Position numbers and translations under genes: made by a program. Source: an uncultured Spirochaetaceae bacterium (lineage in GTDB: Bacteria; Spirochaetota; Spirochaetia; Sphaerochaetales; Sphaerochaetaceae). From it: a DNA stretch of 64,000 bases. Below the pieces are notes generated by a model. It was not told the origin of the DNA, searched no databases, and saw only the letters and a program-made list of their open reading frames with translations. Shown here piece after piece: positions 55,171 through 64,000 of the stretch (positions are counted from its first letter, which is position 1; each line of letters starts with the position of its first letter). The stretch covers positions 15,954 to 79,953 of the forward strand of contig CAZOTY010000001.1 of the NCBI GenBank assembly GCA_964582905.1. The letters run 5' to 3'.

Positions 55171-56469
55171 ATGATAGTTTGCAAGTTCGGTGGAAGCAGT
55201 GTCGCATCCAGCACCCAGATAAAAAAAGTAAAAGCCATCCTTGAAAGTGATGAAAGAAGAAGTATTGCAGTTGTTTCAGCTCCAGGTAAGAGAAACAAGG
55301 AAGATGAGAAAGTAACTGATCTTTTATATAAATGCAACAGCTTAGTGCAACAGGGCAGAAGCTGCCGAGAAGTTTTCAAGGTGATAAGTAACCGCTTTCT
55401 GGAGATTGCAGATGAGCTTGGTATCGATAAAAGTGAAATTGTCATGAAGCTTGATGAGGTCAGGCGCCTTATTGATGCCGGGCGAGGAGCAGACTATGCG
55501 GCATCCCGCGGTGAATTCCTTTCAGCATTTTTGATCTCCCGATATCTCAAATGGGAATTCATTGATGCGGCAACATGTATTGTCATTAATTCTGACGGGA
55601 CAGTTAATCCAGTCTCCTATGCTAATTTGTCGCAAATCATTGAGCCTGGAAAGAAGTATATCGTTCCAGGATTCTACGGGGAAACGGAAAGGGGAGAGGT
55701 AAAAACATTCTCCAGAGGGGGCTCTGATATCACAGGTTCGATTGTAGCAAGGTCAATAAGCGCAGAACTTTATGAAAACTGGACAGATGTCAGTGGTGTA
55801 TTTGCTGCAAATCCAAATCTAATTGAGGATGCAAAAGTCATAAAACATCTTTCATACAAGGAAGTCAGGGAGCTTAGCGAAGTAGGCGCCTCTGTTTTTC
55901 ATGAGGAAGCAATTGCTCCTGTCGTTGAGGTCGGGATTCCAATCAGAATCAAAAATACCAATAAACCTGATGAGGAAGGAACGCTTATAGATAAAAACAC
56001 CGAAGGAAGCGGAATCCAGGGAGTTTCTGCAAAAGGCGGTCTTTCAAAGATATCACTTAGAAAACTGATGCTTTTTAAGAAAAGCGGAATGAGACACGCA
56101 CTTTTGACGATGCTCCATATTTTCGGGATACGACCTTGTTACTCACTTTTTGGAATAGATTCGATTATATGGTATTTTGACTCCAAAATGGCTTCTGACA
56201 GTGTCTGTGCCTCAATGTGTGAGAGAATCAAGAGTGAGTATGAACTTGATTCAATCAGCGTTGAGCGTGGTTTTGCCATGCTTGGACTAATAGGTCCAGA
56301 TATGGATAAGAATATGGACTTTGTAAAAGCCCTTGGCGCACTTAGTGCAAAGGGAATAACTGTTGAAAGTGTGAATTTCGGCGCAAGTGACACTGCTTGC
56401 CTTTTTGCAATCAAAGAAGACGAGAAGGATGAGGCTGTAATAACATCTTACGATGCGGTAATTAGATAG
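55171..56469 (+). CDS. lysC: Aspartate kinase
   Basis: MIVCKFGGSSVAS (KFGGxS kinase motif), amino-acid kinase fold, two C-terminal ACT-like repeats. Confidence 0.8.
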   Translation: MIVCKFGGSSVASSTQIKKVKAILESDERRSIAVVSAPGKRNKEDEKVTDLLYKCNSLVQQGRSCREVFKVISNRFLEIADELGIDKSEIVMKLDEVRRLIDAGRGADYAASRGEFLSAFLISRYLKWEFIDAATCIVINSDGTVNPVSYANLSQIIEPGKKYIVPGFYGETERGEVKTFSRGGSDITGSIVARSISAELYENWTDVSGVFAANPNLIEDAKVIKHLSYKEVRELSEVGASVFHEEAIAPVVEVGIPIRIKNTNKPDEEGTLIDKNTEGSGIQGVSAKGGLSKISLRKLMLFKKSGMRHALLTMLHIFGIRPCYSLFGIDSIIWYFDSKMASDSVCASMCERIKSEYELDSISVERGFAMLGLIGPDMDKNMDFVKALGALSAKGITVESVNFGASDTACLFAIKEDEKDEAVITSYDAVIR

Positions 56470-56571
56470 AATATATACGGGAGGATAAACCGTTTTGTGA
56501 AGTTTTTTCCTCCCCATCTTATTCAAACTGTAACTTTTTATATGGTACAATCTCAATGAGAGTGGATTGCC

Positions 56572-58338
56572 GTGAGACTAAAGAGACTTTTGGCCGTATC
56601 AATAATAGTTATCCTTTCAATACTTAATTTCTCATCTTGCAAGAATGAGTCAGGATATCTCACACTTAGACAATCCCGATATTATTACGATTCAATGAGT
56701 TTCAGTACACCTCTTCTGAGGCTTAATACCAATGGTACAAACTATCCTGACGGGAAAAAGATTAAGTATACCGCTTTATATAATGTCCCAGATGATTCGA
56801 CAGATTACCTTGCGGGTATCTATCATCAGAATACAAATCAATTTGAGGTGGTAAGAAGGGATCTTTCAGAAGGGGAAGGGTCATTCCAGATATCTATTGA
56901 AGAACTTTCAATAAGTGCATCCAGTATGGTAGATATGGTTTCTCCAGATTTTCTGGTTGCTTCCCCCAGTTATATTGTAGCAAGTGAGCTTGAGGATGTT
57001 TCTTACTGTGGTTCTTCAAATTTCCATTCGCATGGCCAGAACCAGGTATCCTTAAAGATTGAAAGGGATGTTTGGGATAGTGCCATTGAGCCATATCCGA
57101 ACTTTGCAATCGGCACTGGACAGCCAACAGCAGGCTTGGGTCAGGTCGGTACAACCAAGTGGAGAAATGTCTATGTCGGCCATCAGATGGAAGGGACTGC
57201 TACGAGTAAGTATCTGAAGAACATGATACTTGCTTATGAAAATCAGTACGTACAGTTCTTCGTTGATGAGTCATACTTCAGTAATCAGTATGTCGCAGAT
57301 AACCTTAAAATTCTGGGTGAAGAATTCGGGAAAGGTTATGAGCAGATGGTGAAGCTTTTTGCAGAGCCATCAGATTTGGATAATAATGGTCATATAATTT
57401 TTGTGTTCCATGATGCCTTCCCCTCGGGTTCAAGTGTTGCTGGTTACTTCTTCTCTCTTGATTTATATGATCTTGCAAAGGAGCTTCCTGCATACAACAA
57501 GAGATATATTTCCAATGAGGGAGAAATACTTTATATCCCTGTGAGCACTATTACGAAGGGTAGGCTTTCAACAGCAAGTTCGACATTCAAGGCAAACCTT
57601 TCAGTTCTGTTCCATGAGTTCCAGCATCTTCTTTTTAACGGATACAGGAAGCTAAACGGAAAAACAAATGTAAGTGACTCTTTGCATACATGGCTTCAGG
57701 AAGGGCTTAGTATGGCATGTGAGGCCATGATGGGAAACGGTCAGGCAAGAATGTTCAATAAGTTCGTTCAAACATTTCTGCAAACCAAGAACAGTTCACT
57801 TGTTGAATGGAACGCAACAACCAACTCATCTACAATTGCAAGCTATGGACATAGCTTTCTTTTTGTCAGGTATTTGACTCTCAGGGCGGCCGAAACCGGA
57901 GTATCGGACAGTTTTATTAAGCAGATATACGCAAGTGACTATGCCGATGTAAGGGATATTGAAGAGATTATGCACGAATCTTTCTCAACTTTGTATGAAG
58001 AGTTTGTTGCAATGATGCTGCTTACAGGGACCGGACTTACACAGGATCCTAAGTATAATATACCTCAGTTCAATGGATCTGCTTCAAGCGCATCAATTAA
58101 GGCGGAGGGCTTCAATATGGCAACTGTACTCAATACAATAAGAAGTTATAATCAGGTCAATCCGTCTTTCCGCTCCAACAGTAAGCCTTATTCGGTTTCC
58201 ATAAACTATTATCCCACATATAATGATAGATATTCAGGAGCAGTGACAATATCCAATAACGGAAACAACCAGATTAAGGGGCTTGCATTGGTTGTTGATG
58301 ATGCTGATAGGGTACAGGATATGAGCTATATGAATTAA
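56572..58338 (+). CDS. HExxH zinc-metalloprotease lipoprotein (possibly M30/hyicolysin-like), paralog B
   Basis: 588 aa, GTG start. Lipobox NFSSC, LFHEFQHLLF plus QEGLSMACEA. Shares blocks with 46400-48259 (for example SNEGEILYIP vs SNEGEFLYYP). Confidence 0.55.
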   Translation: MRLKRLLAVSIIVILSILNFSSCKNESGYLTLRQSRYYYDSMSFSTPLLRLNTNGTNYPDGKKIKYTALYNVPDDSTDYLAGIYHQNTNQFEVVRRDLSEGEGSFQISIEELSISASSMVDMVSPDFLVASPSYIVASELEDVSYCGSSNFHSHGQNQVSLKIERDVWDSAIEPYPNFAIGTGQPTAGLGQVGTTKWRNVYVGHQMEGTATSKYLKNMILAYENQYVQFFVDESYFSNQYVADNLKILGEEFGKGYEQMVKLFAEPSDLDNNGHIIFVFHDAFPSGSSVAGYFFSLDLYDLAKELPAYNKRYISNEGEILYIPVSTITKGRLSTASSTFKANLSVLFHEFQHLLFNGYRKLNGKTNVSDSLHTWLQEGLSMACEAMMGNGQARMFNKFVQTFLQTKNSSLVEWNATTNSSTIASYGHSFLFVRYLTLRAAETGVSDSFIKQIYASDYADVRDIEEIMHESFSTLYEEFVAMMLLTGTGLTQDPKYNIPQFNGSASSASIKAEGFNMATVLNTIRSYNQVNPSFRSNSKPYSVSINYYPTYNDRYSGAVTISNNGNNQIKGLALVVDDADRVQDMSYMN

Positions 58339-58354
58339 GAGTTGTTTTTAGGCA

Positions 58355-58386
58355 TAAAAAATGGGTGCATATGCACCCATTTTGTT
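58355..58386. terminator. Bidirectional intrinsic terminator
   Basis: Perfect palindrome ATGGGTGCAT/ATGCACCCAT flanked by an A-run and a U-run, between convergent genes. Confidence 0.7.
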
Positions 58387-58399
58387 TATTAACAAGAAA

Positions 58400-59491
58400 T
58401 TATCTGATTCTTAACTCTGTATCAATATCGAAGAATCGTGCTTTTTCCATGTTTACAATAAGAGCAACCTGTTCTCCGACTGCAGGAATAACAGTTGGAT
58501 CAATCTTTCCAACGATATTAGCGTTGTCAGTTGATATATAAACCTGAGTTTCTGAACCGAGTGGTTCTACAACTGAAACTGAACCGTTGATAGTCTTTCC
58601 AGGCTGTGCATCATGTGAGTATTCAACATCCTCTGGTCTGATACCGAATGTAACCTGTTTTCCGATATAAGGAGCAAGGAACTTTGCCTGTTCTGATGTA
58701 ACATCCAGTGAGAATGACTTTGATTTGAGCTTTATACCATTCTCGTCAACTACATCTACAACCATGAAGTTCATCGGAGGAGATCCGATAAATCCAGCAA
58801 CAAACTTATTATCAGGCTCATTGTAAAGCTCCATTGGGCCACCAATCTGCTGGATAACACCAAGCTTCATAACAACAATCTTATCGGCCATTGTCAAAGC
58901 TTCAACCTGGTCGTGAGTAACATAGATCATTGTTGCCTGAAGTCTGTTGTGTAAGCCTGAAATTTCTGCTCTCATCTGGACTCTGAGCTTTGCATCCAGG
59001 TTTGAAAGAGGTTCATCGAACAAGAATACCTTTGGATTTCTGACGATTGCTCTTCCTACAGCAACCCTCTGTCTCTGGCCACCGGAGAGTGCCTTTGGTT
59101 TTCTGTCGAGAAGCATTTCAATATCAAGAAGCTTAGCTGCTTCCTTAACTCTTCTGTCGATTTCTGCCTTTGGCTGCTTTCTGATCTTAAGTCCGAATGC
59201 CATGTTATCATAGACAGTCATGTGAGGATAAAGAGCATAGTTCTGGAATACCATTGCGATGTCTCTATCTTTAGGTGGAATGTCGTTCATTAGTTTACCG
59301 TCAATATACAGCTCTCCTGATGAGATATCTTCAAGACCGGCAACCATTCTGAGTGTTGTGGATTTTCCGCAACCAGAAGGACCAACGAGAACAACAAATT
59401 CCTTATCTTCGATATCAATGTTAACGTTATCTACAGCCTTAACACCACCATCGTAGATTTTGCAGATATTAATTAGTTTTACTTCTGCCAT
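58400..59491 (-). CDS. Orphan sugar-type ABC transporter ATPase (MsmX/MalK/UgpC-like)
   Basis: 363 aa. GPSGCGKSTT, LSGGQRQRVAVGRAI, FLFDEPLSNLD, and a C-terminal MalK-like regulatory/OB domain. No adjacent permease genes. Confidence 0.9.
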   Translation of the reverse strand: MAEVKLINICKIYDGGVKAVDNVNIDIEDKEFVVLVGPSGCGKSTTLRMVAGLEDISSGELYIDGKLMNDIPPKDRDIAMVFQNYALYPHMTVYDNMAFGLKIRKQPKAEIDRRVKEAAKLLDIEMLLDRKPKALSGGQRQRVAVGRAIVRNPKVFLFDEPLSNLDAKLRVQMRAEISGLHNRLQATMIYVTHDQVEALTMADKIVVMKLGVIQQIGGPMELYNEPDNKFVAGFIGSPPMNFMVVDVVDENGIKLKSKSFSLDVTSEQAKFLAPYIGKQVTFGIRPEDVEYSHDAQPGKTINGSVSVVEPLGSETQVYISTDNANIVGKIDPTVIPAVGEQVALIVNMEKARFFDIDTELRIR

Positions 59492-59599
59492 CTGTTTCTC
59501 CTTAAATTTTGTACATATACAGTTTAAGGGCTGAAAGAACAGAAGTAAAAACTTATTTAGACCAAAAAAGGGTAAAAAAGAGCAAAAAAGGCTGTTTTG

Positions 59600-59625
59600 T
59601 TGACTATTTATACATATTTAGTCAA
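59600..59625. promoter_or_regulatory. Inverted repeat TTGACTA-N12-TAGTCAA, candidate TetR operator overlapping a -35-like TTGACT
   Basis: Read directly. It ends 8 nt upstream of the TetR gene start (59634), in the divergent region shared with the ATPase gene. Confidence 0.4.
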
Positions 59626-59633
59626 AATAGGAT

Positions 59634-60218
59634 ATGCCAAAAACATATTCTCCTTTGGAGAAAGACAATATAAAAAGAAATTTGAGGAAGACTGCCTCAT
59701 CATTTTTAAAATCATATGGGGTAAAAAAGACTACTGTTGATGAGATAGTCGAAAGAGTCAATATTCCAAAGGGAACATTCTATTTGTTCTATAACAGCAA
59801 GGAAGACCTGTTTCTTGACCTGATAGACAATTTCTCAGATGAAGTGGAGAGTATGTATTTGTCGATGCTTCAGGAACTTGATGAAAACAAGATTGTAACA
59901 TCCCTGACCAATGTATTTTTCGCTATAGCTTCCAAGTTTTACCAGAGTGGAGTGTATAAGTTTCTGGATGACAGCGAACTGAGCCTTGTGACAAGAAAAC
60001 TGGAAAGTGGAGAGAGCAAAAGGCCTTTTATATTGAAAGAGGAGCTTTTGAACAAACTGTTTTCCTACTTCTACATAGATAATAAAAAAGATATCAAAGC
60101 TTTTTCGGATGCCTATGAGGCAATCTTATATCTCTTTCTTTATGACGATAAAATTGAGAATATCGAGGAACGAGTAAGGCTTCTCATAAAAGGATTGGTG
60201 CTTCAGACCGTTGAATAA
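59634..60218 (+). CDS. TetR/AcrR-family transcriptional regulator
   Basis: 194 aa. HTH GVKKTTVDEIVERVNIPKGTFYLFYNSKEDLF. Confidence 0.8.
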   Translation: MPKTYSPLEKDNIKRNLRKTASSFLKSYGVKKTTVDEIVERVNIPKGTFYLFYNSKEDLFLDLIDNFSDEVESMYLSMLQELDENKIVTSLTNVFFAIASKFYQSGVYKFLDDSELSLVTRKLESGESKRPFILKEELLNKLFSYFYIDNKKDIKAFSDAYEAILYLFLYDDKIENIEERVRLLIKGLVLQTVE

Positions 60219-60246
60219 AAAAGGAGGATTACTTTCCTCCTTTATT
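60217..60246. terminator. Hairpin spanning the two convergent gene ends (possible bidirectional terminator)
   Basis: AAAGGAGGA-TTACTT-TCCTCCTTT, 9-bp stem. It overlaps the last codons of the CNNM gene. Confidence 0.35.
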
Positions 60247-61599
60247 GTCCTTTTTCTCTTCTTCCTTAGCCAAAGTGTTTTTTTCCTTCTGAGGCGGGAG
60301 TTTTTTTACGATTACATTCTCAATTTTTCTGTCATGGATGTTGTCTACATGGAAAGAGTAACCGTTCTGTTCAGCGTCAATAACCTCTCCATCATCAGGG
60401 AATGTAGAACAGGTAGATAATACAAGACCGCCGATTGTATCATAATCATCATTGAGCGGAATATGCTGGTGGGTTTCTTCATTGAAGTCTTCAATTGCAG
60501 TGTCCCCGCTTACTGACCACTGGTTTTTTTCAAGTTCAACAACTTCCTCTTCTTCTGCCTCATCAAATTCGTCGTATATATTTCCGACAATTTCCTCAAT
60601 AAGATCTTCAAGGGTGATGATTCCTGCAAAAGATCCATACTCGTCAAATACAATGGCAAAGTGTATTTTCTTTGCTTGCATATCGGAAAAGAGCTTATCT
60701 GCGTGAACTGACTCAGGAACAATATAAGGACTCCTTATAAGGTTCTTAATCGGCTGCTTGTTTTCTCCATCCAGGGAGTTTAAGAGAATTTCCCTTGATA
60801 TAAGTATACCCTTGATATCATTGAAGTCATCGCCATAGACAGGAAAGCGGGAGTATCCTGTTTCCCTGATGATTTCAAGAATCTCGTTTTCTGGCATATC
60901 CTCCTGAATTGCTGTAACATCTGCAGTCCTGGTCATAACAGACTCGACTGTAGCATCATTGAAGTCAAATACATTCTGAATCCATTCCTGTTCATCTTCC
61001 TCGATTTTCCCGGATTCCCCTGATGTTTCAACCATTAGCCGGATGTCTTCTTCTGTGACTTCTTCCTCTCCACCGGAAGTCTTCAGATGGAGTATCTTAA
61101 GCACCAGGTTGGTGCAAAATGATAAAAGCCATACAAATGGTTTGAAGAATATAGATACAGCATTCACAATCCCAGCAGCCATTCTTGCCCATTTTATTGG
61201 TTTCTGCTGTGCAATACGCTTTGGAACAAGCTCTCCGAAAATAAGGGTAAAAAATGATATTATTATCGTGATGATTATAACTGCGATAGTATTCTGAACG
61301 CCGTAGTTTGCATTCCAGCCCCACTTCTGGAAAAGCTCAACCAGCCCTTCAGAAAGAACATCAGCAGAAAATGCTGCACCAAGAAAACCCGCCAGGGTTA
61401 TGCTAATCTGGATAGCAGAAAGAAAATCTGACGGATTTTCAACCATCTTCAGAAGACGTTTTGACTTTTTATCTCCTTCCTCTGCTTCCTTTTTCAGTCT
61501 GGCAATATTAAGCGACACAACGGCTATTTCAGTTCCGGCAAAAAAAGCGTTGATAAGTATAAGAATTATCTGGAGGACTATAGTAAACGTTGCATTCAT
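60229..61599 (-). CDS. CNNM/TlyC/CorC-family protein (DUF21 - CBS pair - CorC_HlyC)
   Basis: 456 aa. N-terminal 4-TM DUF21 (FFAGTEIAVVS), CBS pair, C-terminal transporter-associated domain, K/E-rich tail. Confidence 0.85.
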   Translation of the reverse strand: MNATFTIVLQIILILINAFFAGTEIAVVSLNIARLKKEAEEGDKKSKRLLKMVENPSDFLSAIQISITLAGFLGAAFSADVLSEGLVELFQKWGWNANYGVQNTIAVIIITIIISFFTLIFGELVPKRIAQQKPIKWARMAAGIVNAVSIFFKPFVWLLSFCTNLVLKILHLKTSGGEEEVTEEDIRLMVETSGESGKIEEDEQEWIQNVFDFNDATVESVMTRTADVTAIQEDMPENEILEIIRETGYSRFPVYGDDFNDIKGILISREILLNSLDGENKQPIKNLIRSPYIVPESVHADKLFSDMQAKKIHFAIVFDEYGSFAGIITLEDLIEEIVGNIYDEFDEAEEEEVVELEKNQWSVSGDTAIEDFNEETHQHIPLNDDYDTIGGLVLSTCSTFPDDGEVIDAEQNGYSFHVDNIHDRKIENVIVKKLPPQKEKNTLAKEEEKKDNKGGK

Positions 61600-61960
61600 T
61601 ACCTGGTCCTTTTTAAGAAGCTGACCCTGCTACTAGGAGGGTCCTGGTCTTTCAAACTGTTTTTTTGTAATTCCCTGAGGGGATTATCCACAATACATCC
61701 TTTAAGCAAAATGCCTTATTTTGTTTATTTCTATGTAAATATATTATTTTTCCCTTAAAGGTAGGTCAACTATGCCACTTCTTTGTTGAGACCTAAAAAT
61801 AGGAGAAAAAAAGTTTTTCTGCAGTTATTAAATCCAAAAATACCTCCGCACTATTGAATTTTCATCAGATGATACTTTCAGAGCAGCAATGCTCATCACA
61901 GAAAGGCATTCTGATAATAAGTTGAAGGTTTTTGTTCATTTGGTTATCCTTAGTGTAGAT

Positions 61961-62032
61961 GCGGACGTCATATAGTGGTTATTATGGAAGCTTCCCAAGC
62001 TTTACATACGGGTTCGATTCCCGCCGTCCGCT
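61961..62032 (+). tRNA. tRNA-Gly (CCC anticodon)
   Basis: Acceptor GCGGACG/CGTCCGC, anticodon stem GAAGC/GCTTT with loop TTCCCAA, T-loop TTCGATT. Followed by a U-run. CCA is not encoded. Confidence 0.8.
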
Positions 62033-62064
62033 TATTTTTTTGCCTTGATTTGTCTTTTAGGGTT

Positions 62065-63216
62065 ATGAATATGGAAATAGTAAAGATCAAAGGAGTTGAA
62101 AAAGATTATCACTGGGGTAACTCTGGTTTCATTTCCTCCCTGTTGAAAAAAGAAAAAAAAGAACGAATTGCTGAATACTGGATGGGTGTTCATCCTGCGG
62201 GGGAAGCTGTAACGGCAGATGGGGAGAAGCTCTCATCTTACATCATGCGACAGAGCGGAGCATTGAACGGAGACAAAAAATCACTTCCCCTACTATTTAA
62301 GGTACTATCTATCGATTCACCATTGTCCTTGCAGTGCCACCCTGATAAAAAACAGGCTGAAGAAGGGTGGAAACGAGAAGAGCAGAATAGGAAAGACGGG
62401 AGTGGGGATATTTCATATCAGGATGATAACTCAAAGGCAGAGCTTATCGTGGCCCTTTCTCCTTTATCTGTGCTTTGTGGTTTCAGAAGCTTGGAGAGAT
62501 CTATTGAAAAACTGGAAAAGATTATTCCACAGACATTTTCCAAGTATGTTTCTTTACATTCCAATTCTATCAGGGAACTTGTTTTGTACCTGCTTGATCT
62601 TGATGGAAGGGAAAAGAAGGAGATTCTTGAGGAAGCGGAAAAATACCTGGAGTATGTGAAAAGTGATTATGACGCGGGAAATATGGATGAGGATGAAATA
62701 GCTTCATTTGCCCTTTCAAAGTATAAAGACGATATAGGGATACTTTTTCCTTTTCTTATGAATGTTGTTTCCCTGAAAAAGGGAGAAGGAATTTACCTCA
62801 AGCCTGATATTCTTCACGCTTATATCAGAGGAAACGGTATTGAACTTATGGATAGCTCAGACAATGTTCTGCGCTTAGGTCTTACAAGTAAAAGAATAGA
62901 TAGGAAGGAACTATCCAGAATAATGGTTTTTGCCCCTTATGATGTTCGTATAATTTCTGGCAGAAAGGATATTTTTGGGCGTATTTCATTTGAAACAGAG
63001 TCATCAAACTTTGAGCTTAAAGAGCTAAAAAGTGGAATTTTCTCAATTGATGAAAAGCGTCTGTCTATCGTTCTTGTTACCGAAGGAAGCGCTCAATTCT
63101 CATATAAAGGGGAAAAAATTATGCTAGAAATGGGGGAGTGTGCGCTTATTCCTGCGGACCTTGGTGAGTATAATATAAACATCGATGGAGAATTGTTTCA
63201 GGCAGTGGTGCTTTGA
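62065..63216 (+). CDS. manA: Mannose-6-phosphate isomerase, class I
   Basis: YWMGVHP, LSLQCHPDK and AELIVALSP motifs. Start taken at ATG 62065 (MNMEIVK...). The track ORF start (GTG 61975) lies inside the tRNA-Gly gene. Confidence 0.85.
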   Translation: MNMEIVKIKGVEKDYHWGNSGFISSLLKKEKKERIAEYWMGVHPAGEAVTADGEKLSSYIMRQSGALNGDKKSLPLLFKVLSIDSPLSLQCHPDKKQAEEGWKREEQNRKDGSGDISYQDDNSKAELIVALSPLSVLCGFRSLERSIEKLEKIIPQTFSKYVSLHSNSIRELVLYLLDLDGREKKEILEEAEKYLEYVKSDYDAGNMDEDEIASFALSKYKDDIGILFPFLMNVVSLKKGEGIYLKPDILHAYIRGNGIELMDSSDNVLRLGLTSKRIDRKELSRIMVFAPYDVRIISGRKDIFGRISFETESSNFELKELKSGIFSIDEKRLSIVLVTEGSAQFSYKGEKIMLEMGECALIPADLGEYNINIDGELFQAVVL

Positions 63217-63839
63217 TGGAATACGTAGCTATAGATTTTGAGACAGCAAACAAAACAAATGAATCAGCCTGTGCGATAGGTCTTGTGCGTTTTGATGATG
63301 AAGGGAACCCTTTGACTTCATACTATTCCCTAATCCGTCCAAGAAAGCTTGAATTTGATCCTCTTTGCAGTGCAGTGCATGGTCTTGACCCTCTGGATAT
63401 CGCATCCTCTCCAACCATAAAGGAGCTTTATAATGATATAAATTCCTTCATCGGCTCATCTCCTTTAGTTGCTCATAATGCCGGTTTTGACATTGCTGTG
63501 CTTGCCGGGAGTCTTAATAGCTTTGGCATCCGAGCTCCGCGCTATGAATATTATGATACCCTTTCCCTTTCAAGGAAACTATGGAAGGGAAAAGAAAGCT
63601 ATAAGCTTACAAGCCTTGCTGCTGACTTTGGATGGTATTACCATGCGCATAACGCCAGGGAGGACGCTTTGATCTGCGGAAAGATTTTCTCCAAGCTTTG
63701 CGGTTCGAATCTCTTCGAAGAGGATCTCATGAAGAAGTTTTTTAAGAAAGTATACAAAAATGACCCCAGAGGGTACCCGAGAAGACTGGTAAACTCTGAG
63801 GACGAGATTTCATATGTGCTTTCTTCTAATTACTCATGA
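63213..63839 (+). CDS. DEDDh 3'-5' exonuclease (DnaQ/epsilon-like)
   Basis: ExoI YVAIDFETAN, ExoII LVAHNAGFDIAVL, ExoIII HNAREDALICGKIF. Overlaps the manA stop by 4 nt. Confidence 0.85.
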   Translation: MMEYVAIDFETANKTNESACAIGLVRFDDEGNPLTSYYSLIRPRKLEFDPLCSAVHGLDPLDIASSPTIKELYNDINSFIGSSPLVAHNAGFDIAVLAGSLNSFGIRAPRYEYYDTLSLSRKLWKGKESYKLTSLAADFGWYYHAHNAREDALICGKIFSKLCGSNLFEEDLMKKFFKKVYKNDPRGYPRRLVNSEDEISYVLSSNYS

Positions 63840-64000
63840 ATTTGATTTTTACCATTACCAGAGGAAACAGGTAAGTGGCAATTAGCCCTGCAGCAAAATA
63901 TGCAAAAAAGTCAGCAACATATTTGGCAGGAATCAGGGAGAAGAGCATAAAGGCGACTATCACAGAAAGAAGCCCCAAGAGGTAAGTAAGTGTTCTGTGC
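63825..64000 (-). CDS. 3' end of a membrane-protein gene running off the window
   Basis: My own minus-strand translation gives an open hydrophobic frame (...LTYLLGLLSVIVAFMLFSLIPAKYVADFFAYFAAGLIATYLFPLVMVKIKFMSN-stop) from the window edge to the stop at 63825-63827. Confidence 0.4.

Noticed and set aside
61684-61692. Perfect DnaA box TTATCCACA, as a possible replication origin
   Set aside because: It is a single isolated box with no cluster, no adjacent dnaA/dnaN and no AT-rich unwinding repeats arranged with it. It is most likely chance or a minor regulatory site in the CNNM-gene leader.
46101-62032. Genomic island or integrated element bounded by the two tRNA genes
   Set aside because: No integrase, transposase, direct repeats of tRNA 3' ends or phage/conjugation genes lie between them. 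The content is ordinary housekeeping and transport genes.
61975-62064. N-terminal extension of the manA ORF (GTG at 61975)
   Set aside because: This stretch is the tRNA-Gly gene and its U-rich trailer. The conserved PMI sequence begins after the ATG at 62065.
1-64000. CRISPR arrays, rRNA operons, IS elements, prophage blocks
   Set aside because: I scanned for regularly spaced direct repeats, rRNA-like conserved strings and transposase/integrase-like ORFs and found none. The only sizeable repeat is the tandem C69 gene triplication.

Overview
AT-rich chromosomal segment from a diderm, lipoprotein-rich bacterium. Gene content and loose lipobox style look spirochaete/Treponema-like and host-associated, but that is inference only. 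I can support about 55 protein genes, 2 tRNAs (initiator Met, Gly-CCC), several intrinsic terminators and a few operator-like palindromes. I saw no rRNA, CRISPR array, transposase or integrase.

Layout:
- 1-0.7 kb: ORF-free block that could be a structured RNA.
- 0.8-15 kb: purine-salvage neighbourhood (AzgA-type permease, IMP dehydrogenase, adenine deaminase). It contains an unusual seven-gene coupled operon: NADAR, an Amn/PNP-like fusion, a CUT1 ABC importer without an ATPase, a PHP phosphoesterase and LOG.
- 15-17.5 kb: exported flavodoxin, then a WYL regulator divergently paired with an orphan MuF-C-like protein.
- 17.6-31 kb: beta-helix lipoprotein, acyl-CoA ligase, a LacI-controlled isomerase/kinase sugar cluster, an OMP plus PI-PLC pair, and a hybrid histidine kinase.
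- 31.4-44.3 kb, most interesting: one long minus-strand supercluster. Order of transcription: secreted protein, IT-superfamily permease, a 57-aa membrane peptide missed by the ORF track, an M14/AstE-like hydrolase, three tandem secreted C69 Ntn-peptidases, a terminator hairpin with no room for a new promoter, then PgsB, PgsC, a PgsA-replacing protein, a second M14/AstE-like hydrolase and a LUD-domain protein. I read this as a candidate synthesize-trim-recycle system for a gamma-glutamyl-type polymer.
- 44.3-45.4 kb: 1.1 kb AT-rich non-coding region with a perfect 18-bp palindrome.
- 45.4-64 kb: housekeeping and transport genes (ung, mntP, amino-acid ABC system, MATE, aspartate kinase, orphan MsmX-like ATPase, CNNM/TlyC, manA, DEDDh exonuclease) plus two paralogous HExxH lipoproteins.

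All family assignments come from motif recognition by eye. No searches were run.
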